Origin: Zancudomyces culisetae HAW-14-8 | Taxonomy: Eukaryota; Fungi; Kickxellomycota | Length of the DNA: 64,000 nt | NCBI GenBank assembly: GCA_052426225.1 | Contig: JBNJNM010000011.1 | Coordinates: 868,001-932,000, forward strand | Direction of reading: 5' to 3' | Shown here: in pieces, positions 37,403-48,669 of the stretch | How positions within the stretch are numbered: position 1 is the stretch's first letter | How the letters are laid out: the number at the start of each line of letters is the position of its first letter | The notes under the pieces: generated by a model | Database searches by the model: none | What the model was told of the DNA's origin: nothing | What the model saw: only the letters and a program-made list of their open reading frames with translations | Made by a program: the position numbers and the translations under genes

Positions 37403-38955
37403 ATGTCAACAGAAGTAGATCCAAATGTAGAATTGTGGAAAATGAAGAGACTCATCAAGAGTCTTGAGCTCGCAAGAGGGTAAGCTAAGCACTGTTGTCA
37501 AAGTAGAGCGTCATGTCCAGTGTGTATATCAGTGGCTATTTTCTGCTTGATTTCAAAGATATAACATCACAGCTCAACTGTAAAATTTGCAAAGCTAATA
37601 GAATTAAAATAAAAATAGAAACGGCACCTCAATGATCTCCCTTGTGCTGCCACCAAGATCGCAAATTTCACAAACCACAAAGATGTTGGCAGATGAGTAC
37701 GGAACAGCATCAAATATCAAGTCACGAGTGAATAGATTGTCGGTTTTGGCGGCAATCACATCAGCACAGCAACGATTAAAACTATATAACAGAAGTAAGT
37801 ACAAAACAAGACAAGTTACCTCAACTTTGGGGGTATTAGATGTTGGAACATAATCAGAGTAATGGTAATTAATGCGCATTTGATTGTGAATATGGATAAA
37901 TAGTCCCAAACAACGGATTGGTAGTATATTGTGGAACAATTGTGACAGACGAGGGAAAAGAAAAGAGGGTAAACATAGATTTTGAACCCTTCAAGCCAAT
38001 CAACACATCCTTGTATATGTGTGATAACAAGTTCCATGTAGAGGCGCTATCCGAGTTGCTAGAATCAGACAACAAGTTTGGATTTATCGTGATGGATGGT
38101 AATGGTGCGCTATTCGCAACACTCAGTGGAAATACAAGGGAAATATTGCACAAATTCCCAGTGGAACTTCCAAAGAAGCACGGAAGAGGAGGTCAGTCAG
38201 CACTTCGTTTCTCCAGATTGAGAGAGGAAAAGCGACACAACTATGTGCGTAAAGTGGCGGAAACAGCTGTGCAGATGTTTATTGCAGGAGACAAGATCAA
38301 CGTCACAGGGTTGATTCTTGCTGGTTCAGCTGACTTCAAGACAGATTTGTCCAAGTCAGACATGTTTGACCCACGACTTGCCACAAGAGTCATGAAGATA
38401 GTGGATGTGAGTTATGGAGGAGAAAACGGGTTGAACCAAGCAATTGATTTGTCACAAGAGGTCTTGCAAAATGTCAAGTTTATCCAGGAAAAGAAGCTGA
38501 TCTCAACATACTTCGACGAAATAGCACAAGACACAGGAAAGACAGTTTATGGAGTAGATGACACCTTGAAGGCATTGGAAATGGGTGCGGTCGAAACACT
38601 GATTATCTGGGAAAACCTTGATGTGACCAGATTCACCTTGAAACGAGGCGACGAAGAGCCCTTGGTTAAATATCTTAACAAGGAGCAGGAAAAGGTCAAA
38701 GAAAACTTTATAAACCCCGAAACTGGCACAGAGATGGAGGTTATAGAGCGTGAGTTGTTGCTAGAGTGGATGGCAAACAAGTACAAAGAGTTTGGCGCAA
38801 CACTGGAGTTTATTACCAACAAATCCACTGAAGGTTCGCAGTTTGTGAGAGGATTCGGAGGAATTGGGGGACTGCTGCGCTACAAGCTGGACATGACAAT
38901 GTTGGGTGACGAAGACGAAGACGATTTTTACTATGACTCTGATGATGACTATTAA
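37403..38955 (+). CDS. SUP45: eukaryotic peptide chain release factor 1 (eRF1), 3 exons
   Basis: Exons 37403-37479, 37619-37794 and 37904-38955. Motifs [31 protein letters not shown]. Confidence 0.98.
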
Positions 38956-39004
38956 AATTGTTAGTTTTATTTTATACCTTTATTTAAATAAATATTCTAT
39001 CCCC

Positions 39005-39931
39005 CTATATAATTGCATATTGAAACTCTTTGCTGTTTTCGTAGTTGTACATGTCTATAGCCACTTCACAACTCTCTCTCACCACCTGGCACTTGTCCGC
39101 CGCATACTCCTTGAGTGTCTCCAGCGCCTTTTCTTCGCCGATCACCGCCCCCAATGCCTCCGCCGCTTCATGTCGAACCATTGGTGCTTCATCAAGTTTG
39201 TTCAGTGCGTGCTGCAGGTAAGGAACGCTTTCAGTGCGTCCCATTTCGCCAAACACAAACCCGATTTCGTGTCTGAACAGTGCACTGCTAGTATCGTTGA
39301 GTAGTGCTGTATCTAATGCCTCTACAGCCTCGGGTGTGTTGATGTCTCTCAAGGCAAACATTGCCTTGTACCTTGTCCAGAGGTCCAAGCTTTGGTCGCA
39401 TAGTATTTGCTTGAGCTCGGAAACATCTGTAACTTTAGTTTCTGCCGGTGCTGGATCAATAGGCCCATACTTGCTTTTGTCGTTATTCGCCTTTTCGCTA
39501 TGTATTTCGCTATTTCCACCGTTGACGCTGTGATCATGTTTGATTTTCAAGATTGCTATTTCGCAGGTATGTGCCAATTCTTTGCATGGATCAGCCAGAT
39601 GTTGCTTCAAAAACTCAATACATTCCAGATTTGATATAGCACCCAATGATTCGGCTGCCTCGTGTCTGACCATAACAAACTCTGAGCTGTCACTAACCAG
39701 CCCTTTCAGGGTAGAAATGGCACGTTCGTCCTGTAACTGCCCCAAACAGTAGGCCAATTCGTGTTTAAACAATTCGGATTCGTTTTCCTTTTCAAGAGCC
39801 TGTATGATTAAATCAACTGCTTCTGGTGTTCCCAGGCCCTTTAAGCTAAACAGTGCTCTGTACCGTTGGTACATTGGGTACTTTTTGTCCTCATTTAGCA
39901 AGATCTCGGATAATTTTTCAACAATGCTCAT
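39005..39931 (-). CDS. LIA1: deoxyhypusine hydroxylase
   Basis: First ATG at 39931. HEAT-like repeats with four His-Glu iron ligands (KHELAY, RHEAAE, RHEIGF, RHEAAE) and a DPAP linker. Confidence 0.96.
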   Translation of the reverse strand: MSIVEKLSEILLNEDKKYPMYQRYRALFSLKGLGTPEAVDLIIQALEKENESELFKHELAYCLGQLQDERAISTLKGLVSDSSEFVMVRHEAAESLGAISNLECIEFLKQHLADPCKELAHTCEIAILKIKHDHSVNGGNSEIHSEKANNDKSKYGPIDPAPAETKVTDVSELKQILCDQSLDLWTRYKAMFALRDINTPEAVEALDTALLNDTSSALFRHEIGFVFGEMGRTESVPYLQHALNKLDEAPMVRHEAAEALGAVIGEEKALETLKEYAADKCQVVRESCEVAIDMYNYENSKEFQYAII

Positions 39932-40180
39932 GTTCAAACACTTTTGATTCTTTTTTTTCTTTTCTTTGCTATGCTTTTTTATTTCTCTTGGCAATCAAAT
40001 ATTGTTTCAGGTTGCCAGTGCTATTATACAACGGAACTTTTGTGGTGGCGAGATTGAGGCTTTTTACAACCAAGAAAGAAGCTATGGCTAATGAAAATTG
40101 AGTTTTGGGAATTGAATTGAGCAAAAATCTGAAAAAAAAAATTTTTTTCCAGCTGATACAATTGATTCAAAAACTACACA

Positions 40181-40220
40181 TGACTTGGGTTGACTTGGGT
40201 TGGCTTGGGTTAGCTTGGGT
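40181..40220 (+). repeat. 10-bp tandem repeat (TRRCTTGGGT)x4 matching the G-quadruplex pattern
   Basis: tgacttgggt tgacttgggt tggcttgggt tagcttgggt: four GGG runs separated by 7-nt loops. Confidence 0.85.
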
Positions 40221-41963
40221 TGGCTCAGCTTGTTTTTTTATAAGAGAAAGCAGAAAAGAGAAAAAAATAGGCAGCAAGGGATGAGGGCATATCAACTGAG
40301 AGCTGATACACTACATGTACTACAGTTATAAACTTGGGATATTAATAATACTCACATTGTGGTTGATTGTATTTTTTTAAAGCTTCCAGCATCTTGAAAA
40401 ACAATAGTATTGTATAGGATGTTTTGTTACTAGTACAATAAATCAGTGGGATTGTAAGGGCTTAATTCTTTTTAGTTGTCTAACCAGGTTTATAAATAGC
40501 AGGGATACTTTGAACTTGACACAACTTGTGAGGCTATCCAAGCTTCTTTATTATATTCGTTAACTGGCTTTACTAATCTATCAACTACTATTAGCATTCA
40601 ATTTAACAGGGATACGTGATTTTCTAAACTTGTTAGCAACATAAGTATAAAATAATGTAACATTTAGCAAATTCTGCACAACATATCCTATAAATCAATC
40701 TAAACGAATGTATTATATTTTCAGCATAACACACCACACCCTCTCTATTAGGTACGATAAATCAAAGTAAATGTAGTGGGGTTTGGCTATGCATGTAAAG
40801 TAATCTGTTTTAATGTGTACATTTGTGCTTTTTGTGCAGCTACCGAGTAAAAAATAAATGGAGTTTTCTGCAAAATGCAGCTATTTTGCTGCAAGGGAAG
40901 ATCACCATCACTGGTGACGGTGCATGAAGAGCAAAATTGGCACTTGCGTGTAGCTGGGTTCATTCGGGATTGTTTATAATAATGAAAGATGATGTGTGGC
41001 AATTAAACGAAACCCTTTTTTCTTAGCAGATAGCGTAAAAAAGCGCAATATTTTCATGAAATGACGAATGCACGTTCCACCCAACACCTAAACGGAAAAG
41101 TGATGTTTTCTCCAAGGGTCTTTTATGATTTTCTGGAAATGCCATTTAAAAAAATGGTGGAAATTCTACCTAGTCCAGTCCCGGTTCGATCCCAGAAATT
41201 TTGTCCAAATATAGCCATTTTTGTTTCTTTTCCAGGTTTGGTAATTTTTAATTTTTTTTACCAGCCTTAAAAATAAACAGATATAAAAGCCATACTGGAG
41301 ATAAAATTTACAATTCACATTACTAATATTCGCATCATTTATCGATATTTTTCATTGATTCTATTCAATTCTGGAAAAAGAAAAAAATGAAAACATGGCT
41401 AATTTCGCAGGACCAGAGAAAAGTAGAAAACCTGTAAAACAATTGGCTAAAGATTTAGGAACAACAAAAAAAAGTGAAACAAAAGATTAGTAATGATTGG
41501 CAAATTTTTTGCAAAATTTGAACAAAAATTCTGCCTAGCATGCTGTTCGTTTTCCAAAACTCAGTGGTTAAAATGGACAAGAACGGGTTTTTTTTTCATT
41601 TTACCGCAACCCAAATTGGGCTACAAGGTTATTTATAACACAAAGAAATCAAACTGTGCAAAGATAATAAATATTATATTACCCATTCGCCTGGTTGATT
41701 AAAAGTGCATAAATATAAGGAATATCGAGTTTACTTTTATGAATTGCATTCTATCTCGAAATCCCACCAAAATATATTGATTAAAGTGCAAGTACAGCTA
41801 CACCTAACCAACCCTAATTAACCGAACGTTTGAACTCAGAACCAAACGTGCAAAAAAAAAAGCAAAATTTTAGGGTAATCCAACTTAGTATCGAATACAA
41901 GCAAAAAGAGAAAGGGAAAAACTCCACCCATCCACCCTTACAAGTAAAGCAAGTCAAGTTAGG

Positions 41964-43984
41964 ATGCAAGGAGTCAAAAGAAGTTTTCCCGAAAATGCTG
42001 CTGTTAATGAAAACAGCGAAGGGAATAGATTTTTAGTAGAAGGGCATTCGTTTTCAACAGAACAAATAAATGGATCAGAGAATGAAGAAAAAAGTCAATT
42101 TAAAAAGCTAAAAAGCGATAAAGCCAGTTGCTATAGACACTCGTCGCACACATACCTGACTGAAAGCCAAAAGATAGATTCTAGTTTTAAAATGGTAAGT
42201 TTGCTTTTGTTTTGTTTTTTGTTTTTGAAGGTCTAGATCGAGGCTATAATGGTCATGACCTGCTTCCAGCAAACATTGGTGAAATTGGAACCAAAATATG
42301 GTTATACACATATATATTGAATATAACTGATTTCAAATAGCAACTGGAAAACTTTAGCCAAAGCGAGAAAGAAAAAATATATAAGGTGATAGAGTTATTT
42401 AGCCAAGGAAGCTCAGAAGGTAGATTAATGATGCTGAAGGGAATTGTAAACATAGCATGCACAAATCAGCTGTCTTATCTGAACCAAGAGGTTCCTAAGC
42501 ATTTAAGGATAGATTTTTTGACAAATTTACCACCAGAGATAAGTTTTCATATCCTAAATTATATGGATGCAAAGACATTGGCTCAGGCGTGTCAGGTATC
42601 ACGAGCCTGGGCACGGATGGCTGATGATGAACTAATATGGCAGAGAATGTGCGTACAGCATATAGGCAAAATCTGCGAAAAATGTGGCTGGGGATTGCCT
42701 CGTCTTCAACCTAAGGACAGAAGGCTGTATGCAAATGGTAATGGAGAAAAATGGGAAACAACCGAGGGAGAAAGAGGGGAGGAGGGTGATGATAACGGTA
42801 GTAGCGGTAGCAACGGTGGTTTTGGCGGTGTTAGTGGTGAAGATGCACTTGGTAGCTTGAATGGTTCTAGTGGTACTGGTGTTGATATTTGTGAGAAGGA
42901 TTTATCAAAAGATATAAATAAAAAACTTTTAGATTGTAGCAAACGAGAAATACAGCAGAGTTACGAAAATGGGAACGAAGGAGAAAGCAGCAGTGGTGGA
43001 GAGGAGCAAAGTGGACAATACGATAACAAAAATAAGACGAGCAGTGACACACGTAGGAAATGGAAAAGAGAATATGCAAGACGGCAAGCAGTAGTCAAAA
43101 ACTGGAGAAAGCTGCAGTACGAAATAATTGAGGCACAACAAATCGAGTCGGAGGTGGTGTGTGTACAAGGCAACGAGACATACATGGCATCAGCATGCAC
43201 AGACAACACAATCCGTATCAACGACGTTAAAACAGGGGATCATGTGCAGACGCTTGTGGGCCATACCGATGCAATTACATCGCTGTATCTGGACGACTGT
43301 AAGCTGGTATCAGGGTCGCTGGACGGCACAATCAAGATTTGGTGTTACCGACGAGCCGAGTGTATACGCACAATTGCAATGGAAGAAGGCGTCGGGGTTA
43401 CGGCACTGACAATGCTGAACACAGTGTGCGCAGCAGGAAAGGTCGATGGCACAATCAGTGTGTATGATTTTTCCAATGCGACACGCTACGACTTGGCAGG
43501 CCACGCTGGTGCTGTTAATGCACTGTTGTTTTTGCACGACCATTCGCTAGTCAGCTGTTCAGACGACATGTTGATCAAGCGATGGCATATTCACTCGCTC
43601 CGATGCACTCACATCTATAACGGCCATTCACTCAGCGTTCGATGTATTGCAACTAGTGCCACATCACAATTGCTGTACTCAGCATCACTTGACGGAACCA
43701 TTCGCGTGTGGGATGCCGATTCTGCCAAGTGCCTGGAAGTGCTGTGCTATCAGGGCGAGGGTGTGTGGTCGATCGCTACCGATTCGTTCCGGCTAATCAG
43801 TGGCCACAATGACGGCTCTGTATGTGTATGGAATCTGGACTGTCACAAGCTTAACCACCGTATCAAAGTCTGTGACTCTCCCGTCAACTCGCTGTGTTTA
43901 TCTGAAACCCGATTCCTGTGTGGCTGCAAATCTGCCAAGGCCCTAGTCTTTGACTTTACTCCTCCTCCTGCTGTTTTCTTCTAA
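41964..43984 (+). CDS. MET30: F-box/WD40 protein, Met30/SconB/Pof1 family, 2 exons
   Basis: Exons 41964-42194 and 42341-43984. Motifs CYRH, F-box RIDFLTNLPPEISFHILNYMD, family-specific MCVQHI..CEKCGWGLP, and WD40 repeats (GHTDAIT..LVSGSLDGTIKIW). Confidence 0.88.
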
Positions 43985-45564
43985 GTTCCCGAACAAACAT
44001 TGTATTTTGATCACACAGTGCCTGGTACTCGCACCGACATGTTATGTCGCGGTTAATGCTTCTGATTGTCAAGCTCCATCGCTCTTTCCGCTCTCGCATT
44101 ATTCCTCCCGCCATCACATCGGTTCTTCTTGTACGGATTCCATGTTCCCATCCGTATCGCGCGTCTCCGCTCAGCACCACCAAACTTCCCGCCTGTAAAT
44201 CCTGCTCTACAAGCGACCCGGTTGATGGGTGTCTGAATTCCATCATTATTGGTGCCATCAGCGATACTATTAGTAAGTTTTCTCCAAATGCTGTGTGTGA
44301 ATCCGCGTGAAATGAGATTCCTGTTCCCGGTTCGTATTTCTGTACTGTTAGTTGGTCGTATTCTGTATTATCCATCCCTTCACATACGTTCTTCAGCTTT
44401 TCTTTGGCTCTGTTTATTACCTTTTCCATTATCATCTGTGGTATTTTCTGCTTTACCACATGCTCTCCTATTTGGTTTCCCCCAATGTGTTTTTTTTTAT
44501 AGTCAAATGCATGGCCATAATGTTGCTATTTTCATCATTGTTAATTTTTTGTTAATTTCCTTTGTACTACTTTATTTTGTACAATTATTCTTTTTTCCTT
44601 TCTCCTTTCACACTTCATCATTTTCCTCCTTCTTACCCTCACTCTCTGAATAAACCTATAAAGCTAAGCATATCGACAATACATTTATCACCAACTTACC
44701 ATTTTACGGTTTTGTATACAAAAGTATCTACTCTTTCCCGGCTCTCTCTCACCTCCCTCTTCCACCTCAGTTTGATCGCCTCCAAATCCGGCTACCTCCT
44801 TCAAGAGCTCATCCTGCTCCTCCTGGCTAAGGAAATCTGGAATATAGTACAACCCATTGACTTTTATCTTCCTTCTGTCATCCTTGTTGTCTACAATTTG
44901 ATCAGTCCTGCTACTCTCTTTACTTGCTTCAGCACCTGCCTCTGTCGATGTGTCTATGTCTGCACTTAGGCTAAGCGCAGATATTTTCCGATCAGTCAAA
45001 TACGCAAAATCGACATGGTTTATATACTCTAGAAACAATATTTTGCCGCCCAATTGGTTACATGGCTTTTCATGCATCTCATCCCTAGCTACTTTTGCAT
45101 CGTCACCCCCACGGAATTCAACAAAACTATATGGCTAAGAAAAGTATCAATATTTATTCTTGTTACTACGATCATTCCACTTTGCCCAAAGTCCGGATTG
45201 CACTTACCTTTCCTTTGACAATAATAACACGCTCAAACCCCTTATATCCCTGAAATATTCCCTCCAGCTGTTCATTGCTGGTTACGCCCCCAACTTGGCC
45301 AATTCCCAAATTCACAATAATCATCGTTTTTCTGGGTAACTTTGAGAAATACCCGTCATTATTCCTATTTTTGAGGTTTTCCTCTTTCGTACATGGCTCA
45401 AGTTTGTGAAAGGTATTGTACGCTTCACTCTTTTTTTGTGCCAGTTTTCTTTGTTCTTTTATTTCTCTTTTGGAAAACTGTACAGCTGTGCTACTTTTTG
45501 AAGTGTCAACGGTATTGCCGTTATTTTCCAAAAATATCGAGACCGTGTCTATTTCCATCTCCAT
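43956..45564 (-). CDS. ALKBH8: ALKBH8-like tRNA wobble-uridine hydroxylase (RRM + 2OG-Fe(II) dioxygenase + Zn finger, no methyltransferase domain), 3 exons
   Basis: Exons 45564-45208, 45134-44700 and 44525-43956. RRM KPYSFVEF, GLYYIPDFLS, RKMQHYGHAFDY, DQLTVQKYEPGTGI, HAD, WEHGI, RWSLTIR, then CRC...C. Confidence 0.88.
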
Positions 45565-45929
45565 ATGTTCTACAATTCTATCTCTAACTCTAGTTTTTGT
45601 AAAAAAGTTTAATATACTATCGAGAGTTGAAAAAAAAATGCAGTCCTAATAAGCACACTAGTATAACTTTTCTTCTTTGGGCGATTTTCTGTTCATGATT
45701 TCCTTTTTTTTTCAAAATCAAAATTTTATGGCGCCATTTTCGTTGATTCAATTTGAATAAAACGAGATATATGTTCTATTAAACGAGTAGACACTTGGTT
45801 CTTTTAAATTCATTTTATTTAATATTTTCCACCATAGTGCTATCACTATCGCATGTACTGATTGTAAAACACAACTCTTTGAAAAGCAAAAACTGCCTAG
45901 TATAAACATCATATTTATTCTGTTTCAAT

Positions 45930-46741
45930 CTATTCCTGTAATAGCTTTAACAATCGGCCCGATATTTCTTTGTATAAGGTTTTTTCTGCGCTAGTGAATA
46001 GTTCGTCGTTACCCTCATTGTGCTCAACCTTTTGCTCATCATCATAATCGGTACAGCACCCCTGTATTTGTGACTCGGAGGACATGTCCATGCCTAGCCC
46101 TAGCATTAGTACATTAGTACATTAATATGGCAAAATCTACAATCCACACAATTTACTGACTTCAAAAATACAAAACACAGTATTACCGTATCCCCAGACC
46201 CTGGATCCATCTTTAATTACAACTATCGATGTATCTGCTCCGAGCAAATCGGTATCCACACGCTTTTTTGGCATGCTAACCTGCTCCAATGATTCTATAC
46301 CTTTTATAAACTCGACCAGCTTTTCTCTAAGCCGTTAGTAATAACTTCAGTAAGTACTCCTCTTTCACTCCTCTCCCTTTTCGAAAAAAACGTTTATTTA
46401 AAAATAGATAAATTGTAAACCAGAAAATTGTAGCATATATCGCTTACCCGCTCAATGTACTAGAACTTCTTACAAACCGTGGTGCCTTTCCCTTTTCGGC
46501 TGTAATACACTTTTCGTGTTCAACAGTCATTCGCGTTGTATCGCCGTCAATGTCAAACGTTTCTCTAAATTATAACACACTCTTAAACAACGGAACAATA
46601 TATGTAAACGAGTATAATACTGACAACTTACTGGTATTTCGGTCCTACAAATGGTCCATATGTTATTCCTGTGCCTATAAAAACTTTGTAGAGTGGCTCG
46701 TCGTTACCTCTTCTCTCGTTCTGTTCTCTAGCTGGTTCCAT
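45930..46741 (-). CDS. hypothetical protein, 4 exons, 178 aa (not resolved by the ORF track)
   Basis: Exons 46741-46632, 46564-46448, 46326-46187 and 46099-45930. Donors GTAAGT/GTAAGC/GTAATA, TACTAAC and TACTAAT branch points, phases consistent, 537 nt open to TAG. Confidence 0.75.
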
Positions 46742-47805
46742 TTTTATACCTTGCTTAAAATATGAACAATAATACTTATTAAAAGTTAAATCGAAGCAAA
46801 CCAGGTTCAATGATGTTTTATCCCTTCTAAACAACAAAAAAAAAGCAATGTATGAGAAATAATTTGTAAAAATAAATAAAATCCGCACATATTTTCTGGC
46901 ACGTGAACTGTTTTGCTCTTGGCCTATCCCTGTCCTTATCCCTACCCCCATCCCAGCACTTTTTCTATGATTCCACTATGTATCATTAGTTACAAGAGGA
47001 TTTGGTTGTGATAAAACTTCATACAAGTGTTTTTTGGAGCATGTTCCAGCTTATTTTTGTTTTGTTTCTAATTCCGTTATACAAGGGGTATAAGATGCTA
47101 TCTAAAAGTAGCAAAACATTTGCAAAGAATAAAAACCAGATAGATTATATATCATAGAATCAAATAGACTTTCCCTTGTTCTTTGGTTTATCCCAAATGT
47201 TGTGTATTTAGCCTTGGCAGAAAAGGCAATAAAAGCACAACATCCCTTTTGTGATGTTTTATGCCAGATAGTGTCTTTTTTCAACGCTTTTTGGTATTAG
47301 TTTGACTCTGAACTTTGAAACATCCTCATAGAAAAAAAAGGTCGTTTCATCTTTCGAGTAAAGTGTGGTTGACGGTTTAGTATAGTATAAACTTTATTCT
47401 TTCTTCTACCCATCATTGCTATTTGTTTGATATATTACATAAAAAGTTGTACCATATTTCATATTACATTCTTCATCCTTCACCACACATCGTTCTCTCC
47501 TCCTTTTATTATAACTGTCTGCTTTCTTCAACTTAAGGGGTTTTGTTTTGTTTTGTATTGTATTGTACTGTATTGTAGATATTTAAATGATCATTTTGGA
47601 ATTAACACACTACCAATAGAAAATTTTTTTGGCCGCCAAATAATCGCAACTAGAAAAGAAAAAAAAAGAAATCATATCACATCAGGCAAAATTATTTGAT
47701 TATTTTTGGTCTAAAATTTATCTACTTTTAAATGATTATCTTCCATACATCTTAATAGAATCATAAAATTAAAACTATCTAGATAAACAGAAAGGTGCAA
47801 CAGAA

Positions 47806-48246
47806 ATGTTTAAGGCAAACAGTTTGTATCAGGTAGCGGGTAGAATCTTGCCAGTTGCCAACAGATCGATTTTCAAATCAGCAATATCGAAACCAGCAGC
47901 TTTACGTGTGAATTATAATGTAAATAAATCAACATTTTCGACATTACCAATGCTAAAACAAAATGCAGAAATCAAGACCGATGATAGCCCTGCACAACCT
48001 GAGGAAAATAAAATGTACCGAGTCGAACTGATTCGATCATTGATTGGATTAAAGAAGAGCACTCGAGATAGAGCGAATGCGATGGGGCTTAAGCGCGTCG
48101 GGTATGTTACCTACCATCAAATCACACCAGAAGTTGCAGGAGCAATCCTTAGACTGAAAGAGCTTGTAAAAGTTGATATAGTGACTAAACAAATCAGCAA
48201 CAAGACGCCGCAGCCTCTGGGTTTCAAGATTATCAAAAATCAATAA
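47806..48246 (+). CDS. MRPL33: mitochondrial ribosomal protein uL30m
   Basis: Basic presequence-like N-terminus, then YRVELIRSLIGL...MGLKRVG...PEVAGAILRLKELVKV...GF. Confidence 0.9.
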   Translation: MFKANSLYQVAGRILPVANRSIFKSAISKPAALRVNYNVNKSTFSTLPMLKQNAEIKTDDSPAQPEENKMYRVELIRSLIGLKKSTRDRANAMGLKRVGYVTYHQITPEVAGAILRLKELVKVDIVTKQISNKTPQPLGFKIIKNQ

Positions 48247-48669
48247 ATCTGATTACCCATTATTCTTTTTTTTTTCTCCCTTTTGGCATTTTTAATCTCG
48301 TAGTCCTTGTGTTATTTTATATGTATCTAGAAATAAAAGTAAAATACAACTATCTTTTATAAAATACATCAAGATTGGTCTCGAACAGCTACAAACATAC
48401 TAGGAAAGCAAGTTGATTTTGCCGATCTGCTTTGTGGGAGAGAGGGTATTTATTCATGATTTTTTTTTTTGGTTTTAACTTTCAGATTTTCTGGAAGAGT
48501 ATTTATTTTTTTTATAGGTGATGAGTCCCAAACATATAAATGCTATAAAAATCCATTTTTAGCTTTTGTTTAATGGTTTTAAAAGAAATACCAACTTTAC
48601 AATCAAATATTAAATAAAAAGTAAAAGAAACATAGTATTCAACCAAAAGAATCAAATGGAAAGTCAAGA

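Noticed and set aside
37403-38955. Possible variant genetic code or readthrough autoregulation via eRF1
   Set aside because: GTS, TASNIKS and YxCxxxF motifs are canonical; TAA, TAG and TGA all serve as stops in this window; the eRF1 stop context (TAA AAT TGT TAG) is not readthrough-prone.
41156-41195. GGTTCGATCCC B-box/T-loop motif
   Set aside because: T-stem mismatched and spacing too short for a cloverleaf; at most an isolated B-box.
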